DNA from: Spirochaetia bacterium UBA2205
Lineage (GTDB): Bacteria > Spirochaetota > UBA4802 > UB4802
Assembly (NCBI GenBank): GCA_002328585.1
Contig: DCUV01000032.1
Coordinates: forward strand, 189,569-253,568
DNA length: 64,000 nucleotides
Direction of reading: 5' to 3'
Each line of letters starts with the position of its first letter. Position 1 is the stretch's first letter. A program made the translations under genes and the position numbers. The notes beneath the pieces are model-generated. The model saw only the letters and a list, made by a program, of their open reading frames with translations. It searched no databases and had not been told where the DNA came from. Below are positions 18,939-29,362 of this stretch, piece after piece.

Positions 18939-19527
18939 GCACTATACTCCTTTTACAAAAGTTCAACTCATGAGCATCATTTGTTGCAATGAAAATAGCC
19001 GTTGTTGGCTGTACTTTCTCCAGTAAAGAAAAAAGCACCCTTTTACCCTGCTCATCCAGATTGCTGCCGGGTTCATCTAAACAAAGTACACTGGCTTTTT
19101 TTAAAAATGCAAGTGCTAACTTAACACGCTGAATCATACCTGTGGAATAAAACATAAGCATGGTATTGCTATGGGGCGATAGTCCCAGTACATCTAAAAG
19201 CTGCACTGCATCATCATCAACAGTCCCAATTGCAAACGTAATATTTTCAAGTGCAGTCAGATATTTATACACATTAATATACGGTGCAGCAAAACCAATA
19301 TAGTTTCTGATATATGCAGTATCAACAGGTTTATCATTATACCAGTATGCAACGTTTCCACTATCAGGTGTCATAACTCCTGCTATAATCTTAAGCAAGG
19401 TTGACTTGCCACTTCCATTAGGACCTGCAATGGCAAGGGACTGCCCTGTAGCAACACTAAATGACATATCCCTGAATAACATTCTGGTATACCGTTTTGA
19501 AAGATTACTGGCTTTAACCGTTACCAC
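18931..19527 (-). CDS. ccmA: heme exporter ATP-binding protein CcmA
   Basis: Walker A GPNGSGKST, an ABC signature-like STGMIQR and Walker B LCLDEP. Confidence 0.85.
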   Translation of the reverse strand: MVTVKASNLSKRYTRMLFRDMSFSVATGQSLAIAGPNGSGKSTLLKIIAGVMTPDSGNVAYWYNDKPVDTAYIRNYIGFAAPYINVYKYLTALENITFAIGTVDDDAVQLLDVLGLSPHSNTMLMFYSTGMIQRVKLALAFLKKASVLCLDEPGSNLDEQGKRVLFSLLEKVQPTTAIFIATNDAHELNFCKRSIVLD

Positions 19528-19533
19528 AACACC

Positions 19534-20925
19534 TTACAATATAATATCTTTTTTTGCAGTTGCCATCTCAATAATATCAAGTTTGACAGCTTTTTCCTTC
19601 ATTACGGTATCAACTGCTTTTTGATCAGCAATTCTGTACAGCAACCGCACCTTGATAGTATAGCTACCTTTTAAGCCTTTTGGTAAAATAATGGTGCTGG
19701 TAATTTTTTGTTTGGGTGGAATCCTGTTGTCAGAGAGTACCTCCTTAGCTTTTGCAATGTTCATAACTGGCTTGCCGTTACCATCACCAAAAACAGTTTT
19801 AAAAATTATTGTATTATTGGGCAAATAACCCTTTTTATCAGCCTTCCCTACTGCATACACCTCTCTTCCATACTGATTGACAACTACTATCTCAAGCCAC
19901 ATCTGCCGCACATCAGTAAGCCCTGTTGGAAGTTTATGACCGGCACCAACATTGGTTACAGCAATACCAACCGTACCACTGTTACTGTCACCGGTTTCAA
20001 TTTCCAGCAGTGCTGCATTTTTCAACCGTTCCTGTGCCATCTTGGCTTTCACAGTATCCTTAAATAATCCAGGGATAACACTATTTCCGCCAACAAAATA
20101 ATGAGTAAAGATATGATCACGTTGTGGACCGCCAAACGCTGCAAAACCGGGATTAGCAGGGCGAGGCGTCGAGCCGGTTGCAGGCACCCCTGGTCGGTGA
20201 TACATGTGACAACCCTGACAGGGCACCGTTGTTTTGGAGTCACCGGTGTTATAGGGGCTTTTTGACCATTCCTCAAAGGTTGTCTCCAATTTTGTTCCAT
20301 AAACCACATGACGTACATCATGGCATGTCCCGCAAAAATCAGCTTTTGTATGGAATGATGAATATGCTGCTGTATGCCAATCGGGATTAGCATCCTTAAA
20401 AGGTCCACGCTTTACTCCAGGATCCGCCTCACCATTACCTGGTTTATACACAAATCGTGCGTTGTAATGTTTCTTTGCTTCAACAATAGTATGACAGTAA
20501 TCGCACTGTATACCTTCCATGGTTATTTGTGGCAGGTCCTTTTCCATGGATAATTCTTCAGTTACCGATAATGGCTTACCAGTAATATATCCCACAGGGA
20601 TGTGGCATTTTACACAGCTTTCTGCCTCTTTTAGTTCATCATTATTGACAGGATTTTGACTTTTGCTATCATCCAGATAAAACCGTGCAAACTCTTTATA
20701 GATGATATCCTTTTGAGCTACATTATGCATGGAATTTTTCCACTGTTCATATATCTCATCATGACAACCACCACATGTGGAAGGATTGATAAACTGTGCT
20801 AATGTATAATGAGGCGTTGATTTGCAGCCAAGAAAAAGTGCATACCCAACACATAAAACAAAACTAACGGTAATTATTATTTTTGATTTCATACTGTATC
20901 CCTTACTCCTGTTTATTCTCATCAT
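19534..20925 (-). CDS. pentaheme c-type cytochrome lipoprotein
   Basis: Lipobox LFLGC. Five CxxCH motifs (CGGCH, CVKCH, CDYCH, CGTCH, CQGCH). No CxxCK. About 220-aa non-heme C-terminal region. Confidence 0.85.
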   Translation of the reverse strand: MMRINRSKGYSMKSKIIITVSFVLCVGYALFLGCKSTPHYTLAQFINPSTCGGCHDEIYEQWKNSMHNVAQKDIIYKEFARFYLDDSKSQNPVNNDELKEAESCVKCHIPVGYITGKPLSVTEELSMEKDLPQITMEGIQCDYCHTIVEAKKHYNARFVYKPGNGEADPGVKRGPFKDANPDWHTAAYSSFHTKADFCGTCHDVRHVVYGTKLETTFEEWSKSPYNTGDSKTTVPCQGCHMYHRPGVPATGSTPRPANPGFAAFGGPQRDHIFTHYFVGGNSVIPGLFKDTVKAKMAQERLKNAALLEIETGDSNSGTVGIAVTNVGAGHKLPTGLTDVRQMWLEIVVVNQYGREVYAVGKADKKGYLPNNTIIFKTVFGDGNGKPVMNIAKAKEVLSDNRIPPKQKITSTIILPKGLKGSYTIKVRLLYRIADQKAVDTVMKEKAVKLDIIEMATAKKDIIL

Positions 20926-21261
20926 TGCACTATACAGTAATTACTATCTTCAACTAATCATATTTAAAATTATACAATTACTACTTTTACTACCTTACTC
21001 ACAAAGATAAACTATTCATTTCAACTACAATGCTATAGCAACACTACTTCCTGTTCATTTCAGTATCTATAAACAAAAATGTCAATTACGTTATTGTTAA
21101 AATTATACGATTTGTTTTCAAGAAAATTTTACTTGCTAATATGAAATGGATAGCTATCATATTACAATAAATAGTGAATTACTCTGAATGTAACCAAAAT
21201 ATGTTTTACTATACATATTAATACATTTATTACAACAATTATAACATTACTGGAGGGAGTT

Positions 21262-22698
21262 ATGAAAAAATTTTTAAAATGGTTGGCGATAGTTATTGGT
21301 GGATTGATTGCACTGATTATTATTGCCAGTATTGTCTTAATGCTTGTCATCAATAAAGATATGATTGCCCAGCAGGCAGAAAAAGCCCTTAACCGCCATG
21401 TAACCATTGAATCCATTGATGTCAGTATATTCAGTGTGCTTTCTGGAATCGAGGTTAACGGTGTTGCTATATCCAATTTCAAAACACCAAAACAGCTGGA
21501 AGCCTTAAAGGGAAAACCTGTTGATAAAGCTGATCTTTTTATAGGGCTTGATTCGTTCACCTTTAAGCTCAAAATCATGCCGTTATTACAGGGAAAATTT
21601 GAGCTAAGAGAACTTGTACTCAGTGCTCCTAAGGTAAATATTGTGCGCTACAAAAGCGGAGCATTTAATTTCTCTGATTTAATGCAACCATCCAAAAAAG
21701 AAAAGGAAGAAAAAAAAGTTGAAGAGGTCAAAAAAGAAGAACCAGCAAAACCTTTAACAGCGGACATATTGCCGGTAAGCATTACTGTCGGCAGGGTTGG
21801 CATGGAAAAAGGAACGGTTACCTTTACCGATCAATCATCAGGGCAAAAGATAATGCTCTATAATTGCAATGCATTGGTGCATGATATAGAGATTGACCCT
21901 AAAGATTTAAAGAATAAAAATCAGGTAAAACTTACCGTAGATATAGGCATTAAAACCATTGGCAAAATAAGTACTGGGAGTGTTGAGTCATTTGATATAG
22001 GGCTATCTGCAAAAGGCAACGTAAAACCATTTGATCTTAAAACACGGATTCTAAATCCTGAAATAGCGCTTAAATCGGGAAGCCCCTATGGTACCATGAC
22101 AGGATTACAGATATTTGATGCTATAAAGAGCAATGAAACACTGGCAAATTATGCAGGAAAATTTGATTTCTTAGCAAAGGATGTTAAATGGAAAAACGGC
22201 TATATTGATATATGGTATAAGGGAGGATTGCTCAAGATTACAAACGGTAAAATAAGCACTGATGATTATGCAGGCAACTTCAAAGCCGACATCAATCTTA
22301 ACACCAGCACAGTTAATGCCGACATTGATATGATTCTTAACGAGAAGCACAACAAGAGAATCTATAACGGCATAAAAGATAATGCTTCTAAGCTTATCAA
22401 GGGTGATGTTGCCAAATATGTAAAGCCTGAAAACGTTGCCGATCAAGCCTTCAAATACTTAACTAATAAAGACGGAAAGGTTTACCTTCAATTTGCTGTA
22501 ACTGGCTCTATGAATAAGCCTAAAACAAAGCTTGTAGCACCAGAGCTTCCTTCTTTAAATGATATAATTAAAGATATGGCAGGTGATGTTGTTGATGTTG
22601 CTAAAGAAAAAGCAGTTAAAAAAGCATCAAAAACAGTAGAAAAAACAACCGACAAAGCAAAAGATAAAGCTTCAAAGAAACTTAAAAAGTTGTTTTAG
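21262..22698 (+). CDS. AsmA-family protein
   Basis: N-terminal TM anchor and AsmA-like N-terminal region. Lys-rich C-terminal tail. Confidence 0.5.
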   Translation: MKKFLKWLAIVIGGLIALIIIASIVLMLVINKDMIAQQAEKALNRHVTIESIDVSIFSVLSGIEVNGVAISNFKTPKQLEALKGKPVDKADLFIGLDSFTFKLKIMPLLQGKFELRELVLSAPKVNIVRYKSGAFNFSDLMQPSKKEKEEKKVEEVKKEEPAKPLTADILPVSITVGRVGMEKGTVTFTDQSSGQKIMLYNCNALVHDIEIDPKDLKNKNQVKLTVDIGIKTIGKISTGSVESFDIGLSAKGNVKPFDLKTRILNPEIALKSGSPYGTMTGLQIFDAIKSNETLANYAGKFDFLAKDVKWKNGYIDIWYKGGLLKITNGKISTDDYAGNFKADINLNTSTVNADIDMILNEKHNKRIYNGIKDNASKLIKGDVAKYVKPENVADQAFKYLTNKDGKVYLQFAVTGSMNKPKTKLVAPELPSLNDIIKDMAGDVVDVAKEKAVKKASKTVEKTTDKAKDKASKKLKKLF

Positions 22699-22717
22699 AT
22701 CAACCTTGATCATTACT

Positions 22718-22742
22718 CCCTCTCCTTTTTTCCAGGGAGAGG
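22718..22742. terminator. bidirectional rho-independent terminator hairpin (CCCTCTCC-tttttccag-GGAGAGGG)
   Basis: 8-bp GC-rich stem between convergent genes, with T-rich flanks. Confidence 0.55.
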
Positions 22743-22762
22743 GCGATAATGATGGTTTATTA

Positions 22763-23581
22763 TTATTTTCCGGTAAAGTTTGGCTTTCGCTTCTGAGCAA
22801 ATGCAGTAAAGGCTTCAAATAGATCATCAGAAGGGATGGTGTTGGCGCTTATTGTTGCCACATATTTTAACGCATCATCAACAGTCTTGCCAATACCATA
22901 GTTTAGTACATCCTTTGACGCCTGTACCGCTAATGGCGAATTTTCGGCAATCTCCATAGCCATCTTCTCAGCCCCCTCATATAAAGCCTTTTGATCAGCA
23001 AATACCTCATTTACCAGCAATATCTCTTTTGCACGCTGTGCAGTAATATATTTCGCGGTATAGGCTAACTCACGTGTAATCCCCTGTCCAATGATGTGAG
23101 GGAGGCGCTGCAAAACGCCAACATCAGCCACAAATCCTACTGCAGCTTCGCGAAGGCTAAACTGTGCATCAGCACTTGCCAGCCTTATATCGCACGAGGC
23201 TATCATATCAAGCCCGGCACCAATGCAGTATCCATGCACTGCAGCAATAACCGGTTTGCGGCATTTTTCAATACATGTCATGGTGTCCTGCATTCTATAA
23301 ATTTTCTGTAACAGACTTCGCTTAATCCCACCTTTTTGGGATGGTTCAGCAAGCTCTTTTATCTCGCCAGCCATCTCAATCAAATCAATACCCACTGTAA
23401 AGGATGCCCCTTTAGCAGCTAAAACAATAACTCGTATATCATCATCAGCATCCAGCTCTTTAAATACTGACGGCGACTCCCACCACGCTGCAGGATTCAT
23501 AGCATTCTTCTTTTCAGGCCTGTTTAAAAATACCCATGCAACCGGTGGCTTTTTTTCCACTAAATAATATTTGTATTCCAT
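22763..23581 (-). CDS. enoyl-CoA hydratase/isomerase family protein
   Basis: Crotonase-fold motifs (VIAAVHGYCIGAGLDMI). Confidence 0.85.
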   Translation of the reverse strand: MEYKYYLVEKKPPVAWVFLNRPEKKNAMNPAAWWESPSVFKELDADDDIRVIVLAAKGASFTVGIDLIEMAGEIKELAEPSQKGGIKRSLLQKIYRMQDTMTCIEKCRKPVIAAVHGYCIGAGLDMIASCDIRLASADAQFSLREAAVGFVADVGVLQRLPHIIGQGITRELAYTAKYITAQRAKEILLVNEVFADQKALYEGAEKMAMEIAENSPLAVQASKDVLNYGIGKTVDDALKYVATISANTIPSDDLFEAFTAFAQKRKPNFTGK

Positions 23582-23962
23582 AGTTTATACCCCTATTACA
23601 ATATTTATGAACATAGTAATCACCATGCATTTATTTATCAATTAAAAATTACACTGTTATGTTTTATTGTGTTAGAAAGTTACTATCAACAAATACAGAT
23701 TAAAATTATAAATATGTTTATATTCCTACAAAAATTCCTCTATATTATCTTTCACCTGCATTTTTTATTAAAATGTATGTAATTACAAATTTATTTTATG
23801 TAATTTTTTTCAGTGGATATCTATAATAATGTATTTCTTTTATGAAACAATATAGTAATGGCTATATAACAATTAAAAAAAGATGCACGTAATAAATTGT
23901 TTCCAATAGTGTTTTGTACAATAAAAAAAACTGTACTATTGATCAAACATCTGTAAAATGTA

Positions 23963-23992
23963 TTGACATAAAGCATTTCTATAAAGTATTAT
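23963..23992 (+). promoter_or_regulatory. candidate sigma70-type promoter (TTGACA-18nt-TATTAT)
   Basis: Canonical -35 hexamer and a -10-like hexamer in a 630-bp ORF-free AT-rich region upstream of the DedA gene. Confidence 0.3.
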
Positions 23993-24035
23993 TGGTTATA
24001 AAAAAGAGAGCCTAAACAATGAAACTATATACAAT

Positions 24036-24061
24036 ACTATCAATCTAAACTATCAATCTAA
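24036..24061. repeat. perfect tandem duplication of 13-mer ACTATCAATCTAA (x2)
   Basis: Direct reading of the sequence. Confidence 0.7.
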
Positions 24062-24208
24062 ACTTGAAATACGGCAGCTTCATGAAAAGATAGATCATCT
24101 TATTTCTCACCCGATGCATAAGCTTTTTGAAATTCAGGATGTGCAAATTGATTACATACAGGAACTTCTGAGCACCAGAGAGGAAAAGAAAGAGTAAAAG
24201 GATTTATT

Positions 24209-24787
24209 ATGAATTTTGAATTGATAGTCCAGCATTTTGGGTATCTTTCCATAGTCATAGGTACCTTTCTTGAAGGGGAAGCCATATTGATTCTGGGAGG
24301 TTTTGCTGCTCATCAGGGATACCTTCACCTACCGCTGGTCATGGTATCTGCCTTCTTAGGAAGCTTCATTGGTGATCAGATATATTTTTTTATTGGCAGG
24401 AAAAAGGGTTTAGCATATTTCAGTAATAAACCTTATGCTCAGAAAAAGATAAAAAGATTTCAAAATCTTATGGATCGCTATCACACAGCCATAATCCTTT
24501 CATTCAGGTTCCTTTATGGACTTCGAACTATCGCTCCCTTTACCATTGGTCTTTCATCGGTTACTTCCAAAAAGTTTTTTATTCTCAATATGATAAGCGC
24601 CATGGTTTGGTCTATAACCATAGGTGCGCTGGGATTTTTTTTTGGTCAGGCATTTGAGATAGTACTTCAGGATATCAAACAATATGAAATGTGGATTATG
24701 GGTGCTGGATTGGTTGTTTTACTTATACATATAGTTTTGCGATATCTGAAAAACAGGAGGACACAACCATGCAATACCGTCAGTTAG
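24209..24787 (+). CDS. DedA family membrane protein
   Basis: FLEGEAILILGGFAA...G..IGDQIYFFIGRKKG matches the DedA/SNARE-associated signature. Confidence 0.8.
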   Translation: MNFELIVQHFGYLSIVIGTFLEGEAILILGGFAAHQGYLHLPLVMVSAFLGSFIGDQIYFFIGRKKGLAYFSNKPYAQKKIKRFQNLMDRYHTAIILSFRFLYGLRTIAPFTIGLSSVTSKKFFILNMISAMVWSITIGALGFFFGQAFEIVLQDIKQYEMWIMGAGLVVLLIHIVLRYLKNRRTQPCNTVS

Positions 24788-25800
24788 GCAAATCAGGTTT
24801 ACTTGTTTCGGAGTTGTGCTTTGGCACCATGAGCTTTGGCAGTCAGGGATACTGGACAAAGATAGGCGGACTTGACCAGAATACTGCCCAGAAACTGGTG
24901 GACATAGCGCTGGATGGTGGCATCAACTTCTTTGATACAGCCAATGTGTATTCTTATGGTCAATCTGAACAGATACTTGGCAAGGCTATCAAAGGCAAGC
25001 GTGACAAGATAGTGCTTGCAACCAAAGTGCGCGGACGAATGAGCCAGGAGATCAATGATGTAGGATTAAGCCGGCGCCATATCATAGAGAGCTGCGAAAA
25101 CAGCTTGAGACGGCTGGATACAGATTATATTGATTTGTACATCGTGCACAGCTTTGACTTTATGACACCCCTTGAAGAAACGCTTTCGACCCTGAATGAT
25201 CTGGTTCACCAGGGGAAGGTGCGTTACCTGGGATGTTCCAATTATTTTGCATGGCAACTGATGAAAGCGCTATCGATTGCCGAAAAGCATTACTGGGAAA
25301 AGTTTGTTTCGTTGCAGGCATATTATTCGCTTGTTGCACGCGACGTGGAGCTTGAGCTTGTTCCACTATGTGATGACCAGGGGCTGGGATTAACTCCATG
25401 GTCACCTCTTGCCGGTGGGTTTCTTACCGGTAAATACTCTCGCGATGGGAAAGGCCCACAGGACGCACGCCGCAGTAAGGAAGAGCAAAATTTTATCAAG
25501 TTTGAAAACGTTAAAGCCTATGCAATTCTTGACGAGGTTCAACGTATAGCACAAGCTCGTGGTGTGACTCCAGCGCAGGTATCGCTTAATTATCTTTTGC
25601 GCAAGCCAGTAGTTAGTGCAGTTTTAATTGGAGCAACCAAACCCGAACAACTTCAGGATAACCTCAAGACAGTGGAATGGCAGCTAAACCCTGATGAAGT
25701 TAAGGCTCTTGATATGGTCAGTGCTCTGCCACGCCTCTATCCTCAGTGGATGTTAGAATCAACAAGGCTGGACCGCAACAATCCAAACATGATCAGGTAA
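24769..25800 (+). CDS. aldo/keto reductase
   Basis: MQYRQLGKSGLLVSELCFGTMSFG N-terminus and IDLYIVHSFD. The start is placed at the ATG at 24769, since the longer ORF-track start overlaps DedA. Confidence 0.85.
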   Translation: MQYRQLGKSGLLVSELCFGTMSFGSQGYWTKIGGLDQNTAQKLVDIALDGGINFFDTANVYSYGQSEQILGKAIKGKRDKIVLATKVRGRMSQEINDVGLSRRHIIESCENSLRRLDTDYIDLYIVHSFDFMTPLEETLSTLNDLVHQGKVRYLGCSNYFAWQLMKALSIAEKHYWEKFVSLQAYYSLVARDVELELVPLCDDQGLGLTPWSPLAGGFLTGKYSRDGKGPQDARRSKEEQNFIKFENVKAYAILDEVQRIAQARGVTPAQVSLNYLLRKPVVSAVLIGATKPEQLQDNLKTVEWQLNPDEVKALDMVSALPRLYPQWMLESTRLDRNNPNMIR

Positions 25801-25836
25801 AAGCCATTTATTTGATCATAAATAAGGAGGAATGAT

Positions 25837-26829
25837 ATGAACAATACTGAAAAACCTCTTATAACAATAAGCTTTAACTTAAATGCTGAAGAAAAAGATC
25901 ATATAGAGTCTGTTCTGTCTCCCATTGCAAGAATTATTTATATAAAAAACCTCAACGCTGATGACCGCGCAAAATTGTTGCAAACATCCCATGTTGTACT
26001 GGCATGGGCACCACACACTGAGTTTTCGCCAACTGAAATTACCTTGCTGGAAAAAGTAAAGTTTATGCAACTTTTGTCTGCTGGCGCTGATCATCTTGAC
26101 TTCAGCCGTCTGCCGGCAAACCTGACAGTGGCAAGCAATGTAGGTGCCTATGCCCAACCAATGGCCGAACACGTTCTTGCTATGGTGCTGGCTTTGGCCA
26201 AGCGGCTCTACACCCATCATGAAAAGTTAAAGCAAGGAATCTTTGACCAATTTTCTGAAAACAAGTCATTGTCCGGCACTACCGCAGCTATACTGGGTTT
26301 TGGTGGGATTGGTAGAGAGGTGGCAAGGCTTTTCAAGCCTTTTAACATGCATATCCTTGCCATTAACCGTAGTGGCAAAAGTCCTGATCCGGCTGAATTT
26401 TTAGGAACACCCGCTGATATGGATAAGGTATTACCACTTGCCGACATCATTGTCATCACATTGCCCTTAAACCGTGCAACGCGAGGGCTTATTGGCGAGC
26501 ATGAATTTAAACTCATGAAGCCAGATGCAGTATTGGTCAACGTAGGCCGCGGGGAAATCATAGACGAAGAAGCGTTTTACCATCACCTTAAAAATACTCC
26601 AACCTTTATGGCCGGGATTGATGCATGGTGGACTGAACCGTTTCGACATGGTCATTTTGAGATGAAGTATCCCTTCCTTGATCTGCCAAATGTGCTTGGA
26701 ACACCTCATAACTCAGCACTTGTGCATGGTGCGCTTGCTTCAGCAGCACAAAAGGCTGCGGAAAATATCAGGCGATTTTTGCTATCAGAACCAATTACCG
26801 GTCTTGTACAACCGGAAGACTATGTATAG
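25837..26829 (+). CDS. D-isomer-specific 2-hydroxyacid dehydrogenase family protein
   Basis: NAD-binding GFGGIGREVAR. Catalytic region LVNVGRGEIIDE...GTPHNS. Confidence 0.85.
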   Translation: MNNTEKPLITISFNLNAEEKDHIESVLSPIARIIYIKNLNADDRAKLLQTSHVVLAWAPHTEFSPTEITLLEKVKFMQLLSAGADHLDFSRLPANLTVASNVGAYAQPMAEHVLAMVLALAKRLYTHHEKLKQGIFDQFSENKSLSGTTAAILGFGGIGREVARLFKPFNMHILAINRSGKSPDPAEFLGTPADMDKVLPLADIIVITLPLNRATRGLIGEHEFKLMKPDAVLVNVGRGEIIDEEAFYHHLKNTPTFMAGIDAWWTEPFRHGHFEMKYPFLDLPNVLGTPHNSALVHGALASAAQKAAENIRRFLLSEPITGLVQPEDYV

Positions 26830-27230
26830 GCGGTATTGACGGTAAAATGTGAACCGACATGAAGTAATACAATAATACAACCACATTTCAAGATTAGAAA
26901 CATCCCTGTATAGACTCAGGATTGATAGATTGGCGTATCAACTCTATGATTTAACCATAGATGAGATACCAATTATTGAGAGGGAAAGAATACCGTATAT
27001 GCCAATTGTGATGCATTGCATGTAATACATTATTAAAGATTGTTATATAGTGTATGTTTTAGTGAATGGTATTGTTGTTGCGCTGTTGTATATACATTAT
27101 CGTGCACGATTGTACTATTGCGCGGACCAGGCTAAAACCTGTCTTTCCAATAAAAGCATCATTTTTTTATTGCTATATACTATTTAATGCTATACCATCC
27201 CACCATTATTGCATTACAGGATAATTCATC

Positions 27231-29288
27231 ATGAAAAATACAACTTTATTGTCAGTAACTATCGCCATGATTTTTTGTTGTTCTTATCTGGCATATAGCG
27301 CTGAGGCTACCTATGATATGCGTACCCTAACATTGAATGCTACAACCACCCATGCCATTAAAGCGCAATGGCTTTTCTGGTGGGATGAGCTTGTTGACCC
27401 TATTGCAATACAAAATGGTACAGCCCCGGTTCCAACCGATATCGTTATGATGCCCCAACACTGGACCGACTACAATCTCAATGGCACCATGCTCCCTGCA
27501 AAAGGATGTGCAACCTATGCGCTGAAGATACTCCTTCCTGATAATGCCATCTACGGGATTTATTTAGACCACATGGTCACAGCGTATCGATTGTACATCA
27601 ACGGGGTGGAGGTTGCAAATAACGGGAAGGTGTCAAAGGATCTGTCAGCAATGCGTAATGAATGCAGGCACCATGCAATATATTTTACTCCAAAAAATAA
27701 AACTGCATTGTGCGTGCTGCACATCAGTAACCGGGACTATCGCACCGCTGGCATGTGGCATCCTTTCATTATTGGCAAGGATAGGGCGATACTTGCACAC
27801 TACAACACTAAAGTTATAAGCGATCTTTTTTTGTTTGGTGCAATCCTCATCATTGGTTTATATAACATAGCATTGTTTCTTTTCCGAATTAGGGACAGGG
27901 CCCCGCTGTGGTTTGGGCTATTTTGTTTAACGGTATGTTCCCGCATTGTAGCTACCGGCAGCACAACCATTGCCAATATATTTCCTGGCTTTCCATGGGA
28001 GTTGCAAATTAAAATGGAATTGAGTGTATTTTATTTAGGCAGTCTTTTCTTTGGACTTTTTTTCCATGAAATTTATCCCATGGAAATAAAGAAGAAACAT
28101 CTGCAATTCTTCAACGGCATATTTATACTGCTTACAGTGCTGGCAATAACCACTCCGGTTTCATTTTTTAATAGGTTGGTACCTTATATGCAGATAGCAG
28201 TTATGGCAGGACTTTCATATATTCTTGGTTGTCTTATCATCGCAGCATTACGCAAACGTCAGCATATACACTATTTCCTTGCGGGGTTTGTGCTGTTTAT
28301 GTTAACTGCCGTTAATGACATACTCTATGCAAAAAATATACTGCCAACCATGTATATTCTTCCTGTGGGATTGTTCATTTTTATATTTACCCAGGCTATT
28401 GCTATTGCCCGTATCTTTTCATTTTCTTTTTTGCAGGTTGAGCATCTTTCCGCACATCTTAGCGATCTCAACATATCGCTTGAACGCTTTGTTCCGCATG
28501 AATTTTTATCATTTTTACAAAAACAGAGCATCCTTGATGTGCAGCTTGGCGACCAGACACTTGAAGACATTACCATACTCTTTGCTGATATTCGCTCTTT
28601 TACCACGTTATCCGAAAAAATGACTCCGGAGGAAACATTCAAATTTTTAAATTCGTACCTTAACCGTATCGGGCCAATTATACGCGGCCATAACGGTTTT
28701 ATTGATAAATACATAGGGGACGGTATCATGGCGCTTTTCCCGCAATCTCCACAAGACGCATTGAATGCGGCGATAGCCATGGTAAAACGTATCGCTGAAT
28801 ATAATAACGAGCGTAAAACATACCAGCTTTCACCCATCAGTATTGGGATAGGTATTCACACCGGCAGTGCTATCTTAGGAATAATTGGCGAAACCATGCG
28901 TATTGAAAGCACCGTTATATCCGATACGGTAAACCTATCAAGCCGTATAGAGAGCTTAACAAAACATTTTCGCACCACTATACTTGTTTCAGGTGATGTA
29001 TATGAACAGGTAAAAGACATCCCAGAATATAACTTCCGTTACATCAGCAAGGTTATAGTTAAGGGAAAATCCCAACCAACAAAGGTTTACGAGGTATTAT
29101 CCATGTATCCGGATGACGCAGTTGCGCTGTTTACATCTACCATGGAGCAATTCCAGAAGGCTATGTCCCTCTATAACAAAAAACATTACGCTGAAGCGCT
29201 TCACATCTTTAAAGAGGTTGCATTAAAAAATCCCCACGATATGATTACAAAAAATTTTATAGGGGACATGGAAGAAAAAAGGGAATAA
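27231..29288 (+). CDS. adenylate/guanylate cyclase with 7TMR-DISM extracellular sensor and 7TM domains
   Basis: Signal peptide, a large extracytoplasmic domain, 7 TM helices, and a class III cyclase catalytic domain (FADIRSFTTLSE...KYIGDGIMALF...IGIHTGSAILGIIG). C-terminal TPR-like helices. Confidence 0.85.
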   Translation: MKNTTLLSVTIAMIFCCSYLAYSAEATYDMRTLTLNATTTHAIKAQWLFWWDELVDPIAIQNGTAPVPTDIVMMPQHWTDYNLNGTMLPAKGCATYALKILLPDNAIYGIYLDHMVTAYRLYINGVEVANNGKVSKDLSAMRNECRHHAIYFTPKNKTALCVLHISNRDYRTAGMWHPFIIGKDRAILAHYNTKVISDLFLFGAILIIGLYNIALFLFRIRDRAPLWFGLFCLTVCSRIVATGSTTIANIFPGFPWELQIKMELSVFYLGSLFFGLFFHEIYPMEIKKKHLQFFNGIFILLTVLAITTPVSFFNRLVPYMQIAVMAGLSYILGCLIIAALRKRQHIHYFLAGFVLFMLTAVNDILYAKNILPTMYILPVGLFIFIFTQAIAIARIFSFSFLQVEHLSAHLSDLNISLERFVPHEFLSFLQKQSILDVQLGDQTLEDITILFADIRSFTTLSEKMTPEETFKFLNSYLNRIGPIIRGHNGFIDKYIGDGIMALFPQSPQDALNAAIAMVKRIAEYNNERKTYQLSPISIGIGIHTGSAILGIIGETMRIESTVISDTVNLSSRIESLTKHFRTTILVSGDVYEQVKDIPEYNFRYISKVIVKGKSQPTKVYEVLSMYPDDAVALFTSTMEQFQKAMSLYNKKHYAEALHIFKEVALKNPHDMITKNFIGDMEEKRE

Positions 29289-29295
29289 GAAAACA

Positions 29296-29323
29296 TTACA
29301 GGCAGGATTTAACCTGCCTGTAA
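29296..29323. terminator. bidirectional terminator hairpin (TTACAGGCAGG-atttaa-CCTGCCTGTAA)
   Basis: Perfect 11-bp stem between convergent genes, followed by A/T-rich sequence. Confidence 0.65.
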
Positions 29324-29362
29324 TATAATTTAAATCTATTAGCTCAAAAAATGCATACGTCA

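Noticed and set aside
19534-20925. Pentaheme cytochrome as NrfA nitrite reductase.
   Set aside because: All five sites are CxxCH, with no active-site CxxCK. Heme spacing differs from what I recall for NrfA. No nrfH is adjacent. Left as a generic multiheme cytochrome.
20822-21010. ORF 20822-21010 (+), low-complexity (LLLFILIIALYSNYYLQLIIFK).
   Set aside because: It overlaps the cytochrome start and promoter region. Composition is driven by AT-rich DNA, and there is no RBS.
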